From Octopus vulgaris (Eukaryota): a DNA stretch of 64,000 nucleotides. Where the stretch lies: assembly GCA_951406725.2 (NCBI GenBank), contig OX597830.1, positions 66,402,001 through 66,466,000 on the forward strand, written 5' to 3'. Position numbers and translations under genes: made by a program. Positions 41,298 through 56,247 of the stretch are shown piece after piece. The stretch's first letter is position 1, and each line of letters opens with the position of its first letter. Below the pieces are notes generated by a model. The model made no database searches. It was not told the DNA's origin and was given only the letters and a program-made list of their open reading frames with translations.

Positions 41298-41764
41298 ACA
41301 CTAATCATCTGATGGTATTAACTTTGGAAGATTATATAGGTTACCATGTTGACCTTTTAGTTCAGCTGTGGTTTTGATGTGAATATTTGAAGGGTATTTT
41401 GAAGTTAGTCTTCACAGTATGTTAATAACATCTTTACTGAAATATATATATAGATAACTTTTAAAATTATTTGTTCTCGTCTTGATATCCTCAATTTGTC
41501 TTATGGCTGTACTCTTTCATTGTAATATAAGTCTACTTTTATTCTGAAGTTCTGTTATTCTGCTATTCTCTTACATCAGTATTCAGTTTTACCATCTCAC
41601 TGATGTTCTGCTATGATTTTACACAGTTCTGTTGTATTGTTATATTGTTGCTTTGTTGTGTCATGCACTGATGTTCTTTTCTACCATACATTGATATTCT
41701 GCTGTATTGTATGTACACTGATGCTCTACTATACTCATACACTCATGTTTTGCTGTACTCTAAT

Positions 41765-42000
41765 ACTTATTTCTTTATTACCCACAAGGGGCTAAACACA
41801 GAGGGGACAAACAAGGACAGACATAGGTATTAAGTCGATTACATCGACCCCAGTGCATAACAGGTACTTAATTTATCGACCCCGAAAGGATGAAAGGCAA
41901 AGTCAAATTCGGCGGAATTTGAACTTAGAACGCAGCGGCGGACGAAATACCGCAAAGCATTTCGCCCAGCATGCTAACGATTCTGCCAGCTCGCCGCCGT
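41765..42000 (-). mobile_element. SINE family B (Nin-like)
   Basis: Reverse complement of the family consensus. Confidence 0.8.
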
Positions 42001-42122
42001 ACTCTAATACTAAACTGATGTACTCTTATATCGATGTTCTGGTATAGTTTCCTACTGACTTTGTGTTGCACTCTTATAGGGATGCAGGCATGGCTGTGTG
42101 GTGTTGAAAGTTGCTCCCTAAG

Positions 42123-42765
42123 TATATGCTTCTGGGTTCAATCTCTCTGAACGGCAAGTGTCTTATACTACAACCTTGGGTTGATCAATAACTCCTGCAT
42201 GTAACAGAAATTGTGCTGAAGCCTATTACACATGCATGTACGCATGCCTGCACATATGCACTCACAGACACACACACTTCCACATGCATACATTCGCTTG
42301 GTCTTGAAATTTGCTCCCTAACAACATGCCTCTGGGTTTGATCTCTCTGTATGTCCAGTTTGAATATAGAATCTTAATTTCTGAACCAGGGTGGAATTGT
42401 GGACTTGTACATTGCCATGGGGCTGGCACTCTGGTCTTTTGTAATGAAATCTCTTCCTAAATTCCCTCAAAACCTCCACAAAGCTCTTTTTGTCGACTGT
42501 CTGGCCAGAGGGAACCCAGTAGATGTAGATGATGCCCTTTCTGTTGAAAAACCCAGAGGCATGTTGTTAGGGAGCAAATTTCAAGACCAAGCGAATGTAT
42601 GTGTGTGGAAGTGTGTGTGTCTGTGAGTGCATATGTGCAGGCATGCGTACATGCATGTGTAATAAGCTTCAGCACAATTTCTGTTACATGCAGGAATTAT
42701 TGATCAACCCAAGGTTGTGGTATAAGACACTTGCCATTCAGAGAGATTGAACCCAGAAACATATA
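42123..42765. repeat. Local inverted duplication (217-bp arms 42123-42339 / 42549-42765)
   Basis: The arms are reverse complements with about 7 transition mismatches. Confidence 0.9.
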
Positions 42766-44519
42766 TTCCTGATAGGCTTGCTTTGTCTAGCCTCTTGTAC
42801 TAGTGAAATACAGATATTCGGCTCATACAAGTTCATTCATAAGTGATCTGGAGCATTTTACTCTTATTCGTTACTCTTTTACTTGTTTCAGTCATTTGAC
42901 TGTGGCCATGCTGGAGCACCTCCTTTAGTCAAGCAAATCGACACCAGGACTTATTCTTTGTAAGCCTAGTACTCATTCTATCGGTCTCTTTTGCCAAACC
43001 GCTACGTTACGAGGACGTAAACACACCAGCATCGGTTGTCAAGCAATGTTTTCCTTGTTATGACAAAAATTTTTCTTCTGGTATGAGGAGGCAGCTAAAA
43101 AGTTCCTACCTTTGCAAACAAGGACTTTCCATTCTGATGAACATAAAAACAAAGCAGAGTACATAAAAACAAAGCAGAGACTGGACCCCGAATACTGTAT
43201 CCAAATTTCTCTGGCATCAAAATGCTCCAATTTTAATGTAATTGAAACAAAAACGAAATAATATCATTTCTCCAAAACTTGGAGTGAAAAAGTTTCTAGA
43301 AAAATCCTTTTGTTTCATAATGAAGATATTAATTTATTTTATTACATTTGTTTTATACCTTTTATATTTTTAATTGTATTCTCCACATAAATAGATTCAA
43401 GAAACCTTTTGAATTCAAAGAATCTATTATTTTCTTCCTTTCAAATCATGGAGGTAATGTTGGCATAAAGAAATATATTTTGAGGTAATTGGTTAAAAAA
43501 GTTCCCCCAACTCCTGCATTATACTCTTGGCAATGCATATAAGCATGCTTACCATAGCTTTCTTAATTGTAAAAGCATTATAAAAGGCCCTACTCCTAGA
43601 GCCTTTAGCTGTTAGTATAAGTTATTACTTAGACATAAAAATATATGTACCAACAAATGATATGCGTATAACCAGATATGATGGATCATCCTATACATGC
43701 TTGCTTGGAACAATGGATACAAACTCTGTTTAAAATGTAAAAGAAAAAGAAAGTAAAAAATGGAAAAGAAAGCTTTAAGGCTATTATATGACCAATTCCA
43801 GTCTGCTGCCAAGATCTCATCCTGTTCATTGAACTGGATAATGAAAGTCATGTATGATGTACAAATAACCTCTAACCTTGTAGACACTATGTTATCAACC
43901 GAAATCAAGTTGGGATTTGAGAAAAATGAATCAATAAAGATGTATTTAAAGCTTTTCTCTTCGTCTTCCCACACATACATAAGAAGTCATCATTATAACA
44001 ATATGATTAATACAGATGGGTGTGCTGTTCATAATCCCTGCTTGTTCAATCTCATCTTTTGCAATCGCAGATAAGAATGTGTAAAGAATGTCAGAGTGAT
44101 TGGGTATTTGCATAGTCGGAGGAGGATTAGAGAAGGAGAAGAAGAAGAAGAAGAAGAATAAGAAGAGAGAGAGAGTGAATGTGAATGTATATATGAGTGT
44201 GTGTGTGTGTGTGAGTGTGTGATGTGCAGTCACTTATCATCTGAGATCTAAAGAGTTAGAAAGGGAAAGTCAAACATGTTGGAATATATCTTCAGAGGAA
44301 CAAAACAGTTTGTAAAGACAAACCAATATATTATCATAGATTTGACAACGTGCTTCATACAAGAAGCAGTAACACGGAGCAAGATCTATATTGATGGTAT
44401 ATATCCAATAGTTCGTTGGAAGTTAAGCGAGGCAACACCTGCTTTAAATATCTGAATTTTCAAGAACTAAAACTTCTTATGCAATTGCGATGAAATAAAT
44501 ATAAAAGTTATACAATAGT

Positions 44520-45002
44520 CATAGGAGTGGCTGTGTGGTAAGTAGCTTGCTTACGAAGCCCATGGTTCTAGGTTCAGTCCCACTGCATGGCACCTTGGGC
44601 AAGTGTCTTCTACTATAGCCTCGGGCCGACCAAAGCCTTGTGAGTGGATTTGGGAGACAGAAACTGAAAGAAGCCCGTCGTATATATCATCATCATCGTT
44701 TAACATCCGCTTTCCATGCTAGCATGGGTTGGACGGTTCAACTGGAGTCTGGGAAGCCCGAAGGCTGCACCTGGCCCAGTCAGATCTGGCAGAGTTTCTA
44801 CAGCTGGATGCCCTTCCTAATGCCAACCACTTTGTGAGTGTAGTGGGTGCTTTTTACGTGCCACTGGCACGGAGGCCAGACGAAGCTGTGTATATATTTG
44901 TGTGTCTGTGTTTGTCCCCCCAACATCGCTTGACAACCGATGCTGGTGTGTTTATGTCGCTGTAACTTAGCGGTTTGGCAAAAGAGACCAATAGAATAAG
45001 TA
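44520..45002 (+). mobile_element. SINE family A with antisense Meta-like SINE nested in its internal microsatellite (~44687-44885)
   Basis: SINE-A 5' half, then catcatcatcgtttaacatccgc..., then SINE-A 3' half. Confidence 0.8.
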
Positions 45003-45825
45003 TCCTCTATCGTTCACTTGTTTCAATCGTTAGACTGTGGCCATGCGGGTGGCACTGCCTTGAACAATTTTTAGACGATTAAATCAATCTCAGTAATCTT
45101 TTGTGTTAAGCCTGGTACTTATTCTATTGGTCTCTTTTGCTGAACTGCTAAGTTACAAGGAGGTACTTTGTGGATTTAGGAAAAGGTGGTCTATTATGTG
45201 CTAGTTCAGAGGAGCACTGACTGTCATAGTATCTGTTAATAGATGTGACAGAGGAAGGATGCAGTGTATTAGTGTACTGACATATCGCTGGAGTGAAACT
45301 CATTAATCAGATGAAATTAGACAATACTAATTGGATATTAAAAATACAATGAGACTGTGAAGTTGAAACTCTGCATAAGAAAATCTAAGAGTAATTAATA
45401 ATAGTGTTTTTAAAAGAAGTTGGTTTTATAAGTGAACCGAACAGAGAAAATGGTGAAAAATTGTTGGACAAAGGCAGCAGAGAAGTCTCTTCAAACCTAT
45501 GTTAATATGAACAAATACATCTTGATAATGATTAAGTATTCCTGGTCACAAAATAATGCATGAGTATCAATAAAGTATTGTATTGCAAGCAGCTAATGTG
45601 ATCATTAGTGTTTTAGCAAGCTTGGTTTTAACATATTCAGTGAGGTCATTAAAGTGGACATACAGACAGAAAAATAGACAGACGGGCGATAAAATGATAG
45701 ATAGAAAGACAGATAGACAGACAATGTAATCGTCAGAGACAGTAAGATAGCTAGATAGACAAACAATGAAATATATAGATATACAACAGGATATGAAATA
45801 GATTGACAGATGTACAATAAGATAG

Positions 45826-46157
45826 GATGAGTGGCTGTGTGGTAAGTAGCTTGCTTACCAACCACATGGTTCTGGGTTCAGTCAGTCCCACTGCGAGGCA
45901 CCTTGGGAAAGTGTCTTCTACTATTGCCTTGAGCTGACCAAAGCCTTGTGAGTGGATTTGGCAGATGGAAACTGAAAGAAACCCATCATATATGTATAAA
46001 TATATATATATATATATAGGAAGGGCATCCAGCTGTAGAAACATTGCCAGATAAGACTGGAGCCTGGTGCAGCCTTCTGGCTTCCCAGATCCCCGGTCGA
46101 ACCGTCCAACCCATGCTAGCATGGAAAACGGACGTTAAACGATGATGATGATGATGA

Positions 46158-46229
<72 letters not shown>

Positions 46230-46432
46230 ATGTTTGTGTCTGTGTTTGTCCCCCCGACAATACTTGACTACCGATGCTGGTATGTTTACATCCCCCTCAC
46301 TTAGCGGTTCGGTAAGCGAGTCCAATAGAATAAGTACTAGGCTTACAAAGAATAAGTCCTGGGGTCGATTTGCTCGACTAAAAGCGGTGCTCCAGCATGG
46401 CCGCAGTCAAATGACTGAAACACATAAAAGAA
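45826..46432 (+). mobile_element. SINE family A with sense Meta-like SINE fragment nested in its internal (TA)n (~46018-46160)
   Basis: tatatataggaagggcatccagc...gatgatgatatatata lies between the SINE-A halves. Confidence 0.8.
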
Positions 46433-46525
46433 TATATATGTATGTACGTATGTATGTATGTATGTATGTATGTATGTATGTATGTATGTATGTATGTATG
46501 TAGGTATGTATGTATATATATATAT

Positions 46526-46849
46526 AATAATAAATATTAGGGAATAAATCCAAACTTACAGGGAAAAATCAGATTTAGGATTAAATCCAATTTTATAGTA
46601 AAATATTATATTATATTAAATTAGAGACAAAACCACTATTAGGCAAATCAAACAATGAAAGACTTAAGCCAATACATATGATTAATTTATATTATTTAAA
46701 TATGTAACAAAATTATTAAAAAATATAATTAATTATATTTTTTAATAATTTTGTTACATATTTAAATAATATAAATTAATCATATATATTGGCTTAAGTC
46801 TTTCATTGTTTGATTTGCCTAATAGTGGTTTTGTCTCTAATTTAATATA

Positions 46850-46854
<5 letters not shown>
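46526..46854. mobile_element. AT-rich Penelope-like family copy ending in a 248-bp spacerless palindrome (46607-46854)
   Basis: Arms are 124 bp, centre 46730/46731, one mismatch seen. Confidence 0.8.
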
Positions 46855-46930
<76 letters not shown>

Positions 46931-47319
46931 CATTTAGTTTAGTTTCGGCAAAAGCATAGTAATACATTCTTACAAGCTACTATGTTTCTTGTTATCAGCT
47001 ACCACTTGTTAATTCCATCTTCCAGGGAAATCCAATCGTATGGGTATACATGTGGAACTCCATTCAGCTTAGGATAAATATAGTAATCCTTTCTACTAAA
47101 GGTACAAAGCCTGAAGATTGATGGGAGTAGGTTAGTCAATTACATTGACCCCCCCAATGTTCAACTGCTACTTATTTTATTGACCCTGAATTTGAACCCA
47201 GAACGTAAAGGTGGACAAAATGCCACTAAGCATAATAACATGTGGATAAAGATTCGCAGGCTTTATGATGCATTAATAGAGAGTATGAATTCCCATCTAC
47301 ACGGTATTATTGTTATTGA

Positions 47320-47555
47320 AGGCGGCAAGCTGGCAGAACCGTTAGCACGTCGGGCGAAATGCTTAGCGGTATTTCATCTGCTGTTACGTTCTGAGTTCAA
47401 ATTCCGCTGAGGTCGACTTTGCCTTTCATCCTTTCGGGGTCGATAGATTAAGTACTAGTTACGCACTGGGGTCGATATAATCGACTTAATCCCTTTGTCT
47501 GTCTTTGTTTGTCCTCTCTGTGTTTAGCCCCTTGTGGGTAGTAAAGAAATAGGTA
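47320..47555 (+). mobile_element. SINE family B (Nin-like)
   Basis: Matches the family consensus. Confidence 0.8.
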
Positions 47556-47632
47556 TTATTGTTATTACGCACACATGTATGTATGCAGTAAAGTATAGGT
47601 TATGAATCGATAGGCTGGTACACTACAGAGAG

Positions 47633-47698
<66 letters not shown>

Positions 47699-47821
47699 AA
47701 AAGAACAGATGAAGTAATGATGACATCTTATTTACTGATGCTGTGCCAATCTGTCACTTGTTTCATTCTTGCAACGTCTCCATAATAGCTATCAAAGACA
47801 TTATTAAGATTAATATCTTGT

Positions 47822-47985
47822 GCATAGGAGTGGCTGTGTGGTAAGTAGCTTGTTTACCAACCATATGTTTCCGGGTTAAGTCCCACTGAGTGGCACCTTG
47901 GACAAGTGTCTTATACTATAGCCTTGGGCCGACCAAAGCCTTGTGAGTGGATTCGGTAGACGGAAACTGAAAGAAGCTTGTCGTA

Positions 47986-48024
<39 letters not shown>

Positions 48025-48248
48025 ATGTGTGTTTGTGTATATGTTTGTGTGTCTGTGTTTGTCCCCCCAACATCGACTGACAACCGATGCTGGTGTGTTT
48101 ACGTCACTGTAACTTAGCGGTTCGGCAAAAGAGACCGATAGAATAAGTACTAGGCTTACAAAGAATAACTCCTGGGGTCGATTTGCTCGACTAAAGGCGG
48201 TGCTCCAGCATGGCCACTGTCAAATGACTGAAACAAGTAAAAGAGTAA
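47822..48248 (+). mobile_element. SINE family A
   Basis: Matches the family consensus. Confidence 0.85.
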
Positions 48249-50069
48249 CTGTTGTGTGTGGTTCAAATTTGCTGAGGAATGGTACCCAATTTTTACCTCT
48301 GTTCAAGAGCTTTAGTTAAAAGAGGCTTTATGTTGGAAAATGCCGATAAGGCTGATGTGAGAAGCTTTCCTCTTCAACCAAGTTCTTATAGACTTCTCAA
48401 TACCATTTGAGAGGAAGGTGATGACGACAACGATGACAATAATGATAATGACAGTGACAATGTTGACGATAACGATGATTGTATCAATCCTAAATGCATT
48501 GATACTGGAACTGTAGAACAAAGTCATCTCTTGGAGACGACAATAAATGATGTCAGGTTGGAATATTATTAGATTTCTCAAAACATGCTTCATTAAAGCC
48601 TCACTAATTAACCAGTCAGACATACTTTCATTTATGCACCTATTTTATTTTTGTCTTTGAACCAATTAGCGTATTGTTTTTAAAGAAAACATGTAAATAC
48701 ATTAGTTAATTAGTGTTTAAGTTTTTGTTCTCAAATACACCATCGTGATCGTGATGACGACCATTGCTGTTGTTTCAGCATCTGCTTTTTCCATGCTTGC
48801 ATGGCATCAGATGGAATTTTTCTGGGACGGATTTTCTACCTATTTTCTAGCAGTCTAATATTTTCTCATAGTCAGGCATGTTTCTGCAGAATATTGGAAA
48901 TGAATGGCTCTCGTTTACAACAATCACACCATGTCAAAAAAAAAAAAAAAAGGGAGACACTACACACACATGCATGCACACACACACACACACACACATA
49001 CATGCATGCACACACACACACACACATGCTGGTACATATTTTATTATCTCTAAAAGAATGAAAGGCAAAGTAGGCCTCAGCAAATGGGACAAGAACGCAA
49101 AACATTCAAATAGACGATACAAAAAACTTGGACGGGTCATTCGAAGCCTTTAATCTTCAGTCAAGAACCGGATCATCCTCACAATTTCGGCTGATTAATC
49201 TTGAGATTGCTCCAATCTGGTGAGCCCCAAGGAAAAAAAAACTAAGCTAAGAGCATTAGATTCCTTGGAAAAAGAATCGAATGTATACGAAACAAGGACA
49301 GAAAAACGGACGATGTTACACGAATATAAATACAAAAAAAAAATAATACAAATATAAATACAAAAAAACAATAATGATAATAATAATAATAATAATAACA
49401 GGACATAACAACAGGCATCTTTTGACTGGAAGCGAATTGAATATATATATATATTAATGCGTAATTTATATATGATGGGCTTCTTTCAGTTTACATCTAC
49501 CAAATCCACTTCAAAGGTTTTGGACAATTTCTCACTATTGTAGAAGACACTTGCAGCTCCAAAATCTTTTAATTCTCACTGGGATTACCAACATTTAGAA
49601 ATTTAAAATTTGATCCTCCTTAACATAATGTCCCTATTTGGCACAGGTGTGGGTTTGTGGTAAGAATTTTGCTTCCCAACCATATGGTTTTGGGTTCAAC
49701 CCCACTTTATAGCACCCTGGGCAAGTTTTTTCTATTATATCCTTGGGTCGGGCAAAGCCTTGTCAGTGGATGTGGTTTATGGAAACTGAAAGAAGCCCAT
49801 TATAGATGTGTGTGTGTATGTGTGTGTGTGCTTGTCCCCCGCCACTACTTGACAACTGGTGTTGTCAAGTGTTCATGTACCTGTAACTTAGCAGTTTGGC
49901 TTAAAGAGACTGATAGAGTAAGTGCCAGACTTAAATATTTCATCTAAAGATTCTTGAAGATGTGCTCCAGCATGGCTGCAGTCTAGTGACTGGATCAAGT
50001 AAAAGGTAAAAAGAGATAAAAAGAAATGTGGGTTAGTGCTGCTGCCTCTGCTGCTGCTGCTGCTGCTGC

Positions 50070-50133
<64 letters not shown>

Positions 50134-50662
50134 GTTGTTGCACATACACAAACATCCTTGACTGCATCCAAGAGTAAAAAAGTAAGTTAGCTGATTCTGA
50201 TTTGCTTCTAAACATCCACAGCCAGTTTGTTTCGTCTCACTCCGCCCCACCCCCACCCCCCACCGCCCACCGCCCACAGCCCCTTCTGTCACAGCTTCTA
50301 AAAGAACCTCAGCATCCTTGAAATAGCAAAAAACCAGCACAGCGCAGCACAGCACAACAGTACTTCTACTGAATCCCACCTGATACATCCGTGCTCTCCT
50401 CCCTCCTCCTCCTTCCCTCCCTTGTCATCATCCTTACCAAATCTTACTCCTCGTTTCCCCCGTACGTAGCGATTTGCCCAATCATCCAGTCAGTTGCAAG
50501 TCCTCTGGCATTTCCTCCCACTTCGTGTTTTTCCTGAAGATATTGAACATAGAAATTCAAGCTGAACATCAATGACATTGATTTCTTCAGTTGCTATGGT
50601 AGTGGCAGTGAGGAAACTACTAACATCGTTACTATTACCCTACATTTGACTAATTAGTGTAC

Positions 50663-50717
<55 letters not shown>

Positions 50718-50865
50718 CATATATGTATACATTTATATATAAATTATACATTAATATATATATATGTTTATAAATACATGTATGTATTCATGTATATACA
50801 TCTACATGTCTATACATACATATATGTATACATTTATATATATATTATGTATTAATATATATACA

Positions 50866-51280
50866 TACTCTGTTACTCTGTTACTTGTTTCAGTCATTTG
50901 ACTGCGGCCATGCTGGAGCACCGCCTTTAGTCGAGCAAATCGACCCCGGGACTTATTCTTGGTAAGCCCAGTAATTATTCTATTGGTCTCTTTTGCCAAA
51001 CCGCTAAGTGACGGGGACGTAAACACACCAGCATCGGTTGTCATGCAATGCTAGGGGGACAAACACAGACACACAAACACACACACATACATCTATATAT
51101 ATATATACATATATACGACAGGCTTCTTTCAGTTTCCGTCTACCAAATCCACTCACAAGGCATTGGTCGGCCCGGGGCTATAGCAGAAGACACTTGCCCA
51201 AGATGCCACGCAGTGGGACTGAACCTGTAACCATGTGGTTGGTTAGCAAACTACTTACCACACAGCCACTCCTGCGCCTA
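50866..51280 (-). mobile_element. SINE family A
   Basis: Reverse complement of the family consensus. Confidence 0.85.
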
Positions 51281-51680
51281 TATATATATATATCATCATC
51301 ATCATCGTTTAACATCCGTTTGCCGTGTTAGCACAGGTTGGACGGTTCTACTGGGGTCTGGGAAGCCAGGAGGCTGCACCAGGCTCCAGTCTGATCTGGC
51401 AGTGTTTCTACTGCTGGGTGCCCTTCCTAACGTGTTTTTTGTATCGTCTATTTGGATGTTTTGCGTTCTTGTCCCATTTTGTATTTTTATATATATATAT
51501 TTATATATATATATATACATAGGCACAGTCGTAGCTGTGTGGTAAGAAGCTTGTTTCCCAACCACATGGTTCTGGGTTCAGTCCTACTGTGTGGCACCTT
51601 CGGCAAGTGTCTTCTATAGCTGTGGACTAAGCAAAGCCTTGTGAGTGGATTTGGTAGATAGAAACTGAAAGAAGTCTGTC

Positions 51681-51742
<62 letters not shown>

Positions 51743-52181
51743 GTATATATATGCATATGTATCTATGCAATGGGCTTTTATACAGTTTCCCTCAACCAGA
51801 CTTGCAGCAGAAAATAGTTTCTGCACTTTGCAATCAAACTCACAAGCACCATGTTGCAATGCAAGCTTTGTAACCACACAACCGTCCCCTTGCATTTGTA
51901 TTCTTATTCTCTCACATCGACCATATTATGCTCAATATGCAGATGACCTCATTACTTAGATATAAAATAGTTCAGCCTTCATGGTGATCACTAAACAATC
52001 AGATATTAGTAATTGAGTTCAATATATTTAGTGTTTAGTGTGAAATAAATTGTATACATCACATGAAACGTAGGTTGATGATATCAAATACTCTGAGCGA
52101 AATAATTACTTGTTTCTGAATTAATTTTTAATGGCTATTGATTGCTATCTTAATGCTTTACTCCCAGTAATTCTTACTGTT

Positions 52182-52977
<796 letters not shown>

Positions 52978-54727
52978 TATAAGCTGTTGTTTAGCCCAAG
53001 GTCGGTTCTGATTGAGCAGACATGTGATCAAAGGTTGACTGTCTACGACCATCTCTTATTTATGTTTTTGTTTATATCTAGGTCTACATTCTTTTATTTT
53101 TTGATTTGTTTGAGTCATTAAGCAGTGGCCTTGCTGGAGCAATGCCTTGAAAGGTTGAACAAATCAAACTCAGTACTTATTTTTTAAAGCCTAGTACTTA
53201 TTCAATCGGTTTCTTTTGCTGAACTGTTAAGTTACAGGGACGTAAAAACACCAATGACAGTTGTCAAGCATTGATGGGGGGACAAACACTGACACAAACA
53301 CATGCACACATAAATATATACATATATATATATATACAACGGGCTTCTTTCAGTTTCCTCCTACCAAATCCACTCACAAGGCTATGGTCGGCCTGAGGTT
53401 ACAGTAGGAGACACCTGCTCAAGGTGCCATGCAGTGGGACTGAACCTGGAACTATGTGGTTGGGTAGCAAGCTCCTTACCACACAATTAAAGGGTATCAC
53501 TAAAGGGTATCATTCTGTATTCTGGGAATACAGAATGATACTCTTTAGCAAACATATTGAGAAATGCGCAAAGGAACTGCTACCACAATTTGTAATCTTC
53601 CCATTCTATCAATGTGCCATTGGAACACCAACACAAGTTAGATTAAATAAGGAAACCTTCTTCATTGAAAAATATAAACCAAAACATAACCATTTCTAAC
53701 ATTTTTAAATAAATAAACTCACTTCATTGAAAAAAATATAAGCAAAACCTAACCACTTGTAACATTCTATTCCTTCTACACCAAATCATGTTAAATTGAT
53801 AAAACCTAGTCATTCCCAACATTTTTGATTATCTCCCTTATACCGGGTTTCTTTCAGTTTCCTTATTACAAAATCCACTCATAAGGATTTGGTCAGCCCA
53901 AGGCTATAGCAGAAGACACTTGCTCAAGGTGCCATGCAGTGGGACTGAACCCAGAAGCATGGTTGGGAAGCAAGCCTCTTACCACACAGCCACACCTGTA
54001 TATATATATACATATATAGGCGTTATATTGGCATTAGGAAAGGGCATCCAGCTGTAGAAACATTGCCAGATCAAGACTGGAGCCTGGTGCAGCCTTCTGA
54101 TTCCCAGCCCTCAGTCAAAATCGTCCAACCCATCCTAGCATGGAAACGGACGTTAAACAATGATGATGATGATGATATAACACAAGCCTTCTGTAGTTTT
54201 TTCATATTTTGTGTTTTTACATCAACCACGTGCTTTCATACCAACTCTCTCTCTCACACACATATATATATTTATATCTTTATAACATTTTACTTGTTTA
54301 TCATTGACTGATATGTATATTCTTTTATTCTTTTACTTGTTTCAGTCATGTGACTGGAGGCATGCTGGGACACCACCTTGAGCTGTTTTTAAATGACCCC
54401 AGTACTTTTTTAAAGCCTGTCACTTATCTATTGATCTCTTTTGTCAAACTCCAAAGTTACATGGATGTAAACAAACCAACATTGGTTGTCAAGTGATGGT
54501 GAGGGACAAACACACATACACGCATGCACATACACGCATGCACACACATACACACGCTCACATGCATATGGTGGGCTTCTTTCAGTTTCTGTCTGCAAAA
54601 TCCAGTCACAAGGCTTTGGTCAGCTTGAGGCTATAGTAAAAGACACTTGTGCAAGGTGCCATGCAGTGGGACTGAACCTGGGATCATGTTGGTTGGGAAG
54701 CAAATATTTGCCATATATATATACTGC

Positions 54728-54763
<36 letters not shown>

Positions 54764-55135
54764 GTTACAGGACTCACCATATTATCGTCTCTCTTCTTAG
54801 ACTAATTCATACAAACTAAGAGTGTAGGAGAAAATGATTTTTGGCATGAATTGTGTAAGCTGTGCAATATTTATATCTGTTCATTCTTCCTTGAAGCTAT
54901 TTTCCCACTGGTCAAAGACAGGAAAAACAAAAAAAAAAAAAAAAAAAAAAAAAAAGCAAACAAAAAAATACTTGTTTCCTTATTTCTTTGAATTGTCTCA
55001 TTATTATTGATTCCAATATTATTCTCTTAATTACTATTTTATCAATTCTCTTTATGGTGGAACAGAAATTAACATTAGATCATTCTTGCAATAAATAAGC
55101 TACTTTTGTATCATGACTTTCAAATACTGTTTCCG

Positions 55136-55265
<130 letters not shown>

Positions 55266-55477
55266 TATATATTTTGTGGCTACATGATGGGTTTTCAGTA
55301 CAACATTTCATGTTTTTGTCTTTTAATGGTTCCAGTTGTTGAACTGCAAACTGTGCTGGGACATTGCTTTTAATGTATTGAAAGTCAATCTTATATCAAC
55401 TGCAGTACAAATTTGAGAGTTATAGAATATTTTTAACCCTTAGTCTTTGATAATCCTTACAATATTAGTACATACTA

Positions 55478-56102
55478 AGGCAGCGAGCTGGTAGAATCGT
55501 TAGCACACTGGGCGAAATGCATTGCGGTATTTCATCTGTCTTTACGTTCTGAGTTGAAATTCCGCCGAGGACAACTTTGCCTTTCATCCTTTCAGGGTCG
55601 ATTAAATAAGTACACGTTACGCACTGGAGTCGATATAATCGACTTAATTCGTTTGTCTGTCCTTGTTTGTCCCCTTTGTGTGTAGCCCCTTGTGGCCAGT
55701 AAAGAAATAAGTATTATTAGCATGCTGGGTGAAATGCTTTGCGGTATTTCGTCTGTCTTTACATTTTGAGTTCAAATGCCGCTGAGGTCGACTTTGCCTT
55801 TCTCCCTTTTGAGGTCGATAAATTAAGTACCATTTGTGTACTGGGGTTGATCTAATCAACTGGCCCCCTCCCCAAAAATTTCAGGCCTTGTGCCTTGAGT
55901 AGAAAAGAATATTGTTAGCGTATTGGGCAAAGTGTTTAGCAACATTTCATCCATCATATTCTGAGCTCAAGTTCCACCAAGGTTAACTTTGCCTTTTATC
56001 CTTTTGGGGTTGATAAAATAAGTATCAGTTAAGCACTGGGGTTGATGTAATCAACTTATGCTCTTCCTTGAAATTGCTGGCCTTGTGCCAAATTTTGAAA
56101 TC
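55478..56102 (+). mobile_element. Three head-to-tail Nin-like SINE copies with different 3' tails
   Basis: The ctttgccttt(c/t)..ccttt..gggt(c/t)gat domain occurs at ~55575, ~55792 and ~55987. Confidence 0.75.
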
Positions 56103-56247
56103 AGTCTTTATTGACTGTAGTACATATTTTCAGTTTGGTGCTTATTTTAGCACTCTATATTTTCCCTTTCTACATTACAGGAAAGCAAACTATATATTTG
56201 TGCCCTCTGCATATCAATGGAACATAGATACATGTACTAAAATAAGC

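Noticed and set aside
43612-44074. Overlapping 104-122 aa ORFs as a host gene
   Set aside because: No recognisable domain or splice support. Weak RPISLLP-like traces suggest a decayed LINE instead.
49130-49235. Minus-strand CTGAAGA...CGAAT and ggct...agccGAAA motifs
   Set aside because: The cores and helices do not assemble into a consistent hammerhead. It is treated as an unclassified repeat, partly repeated at 51431-51490.
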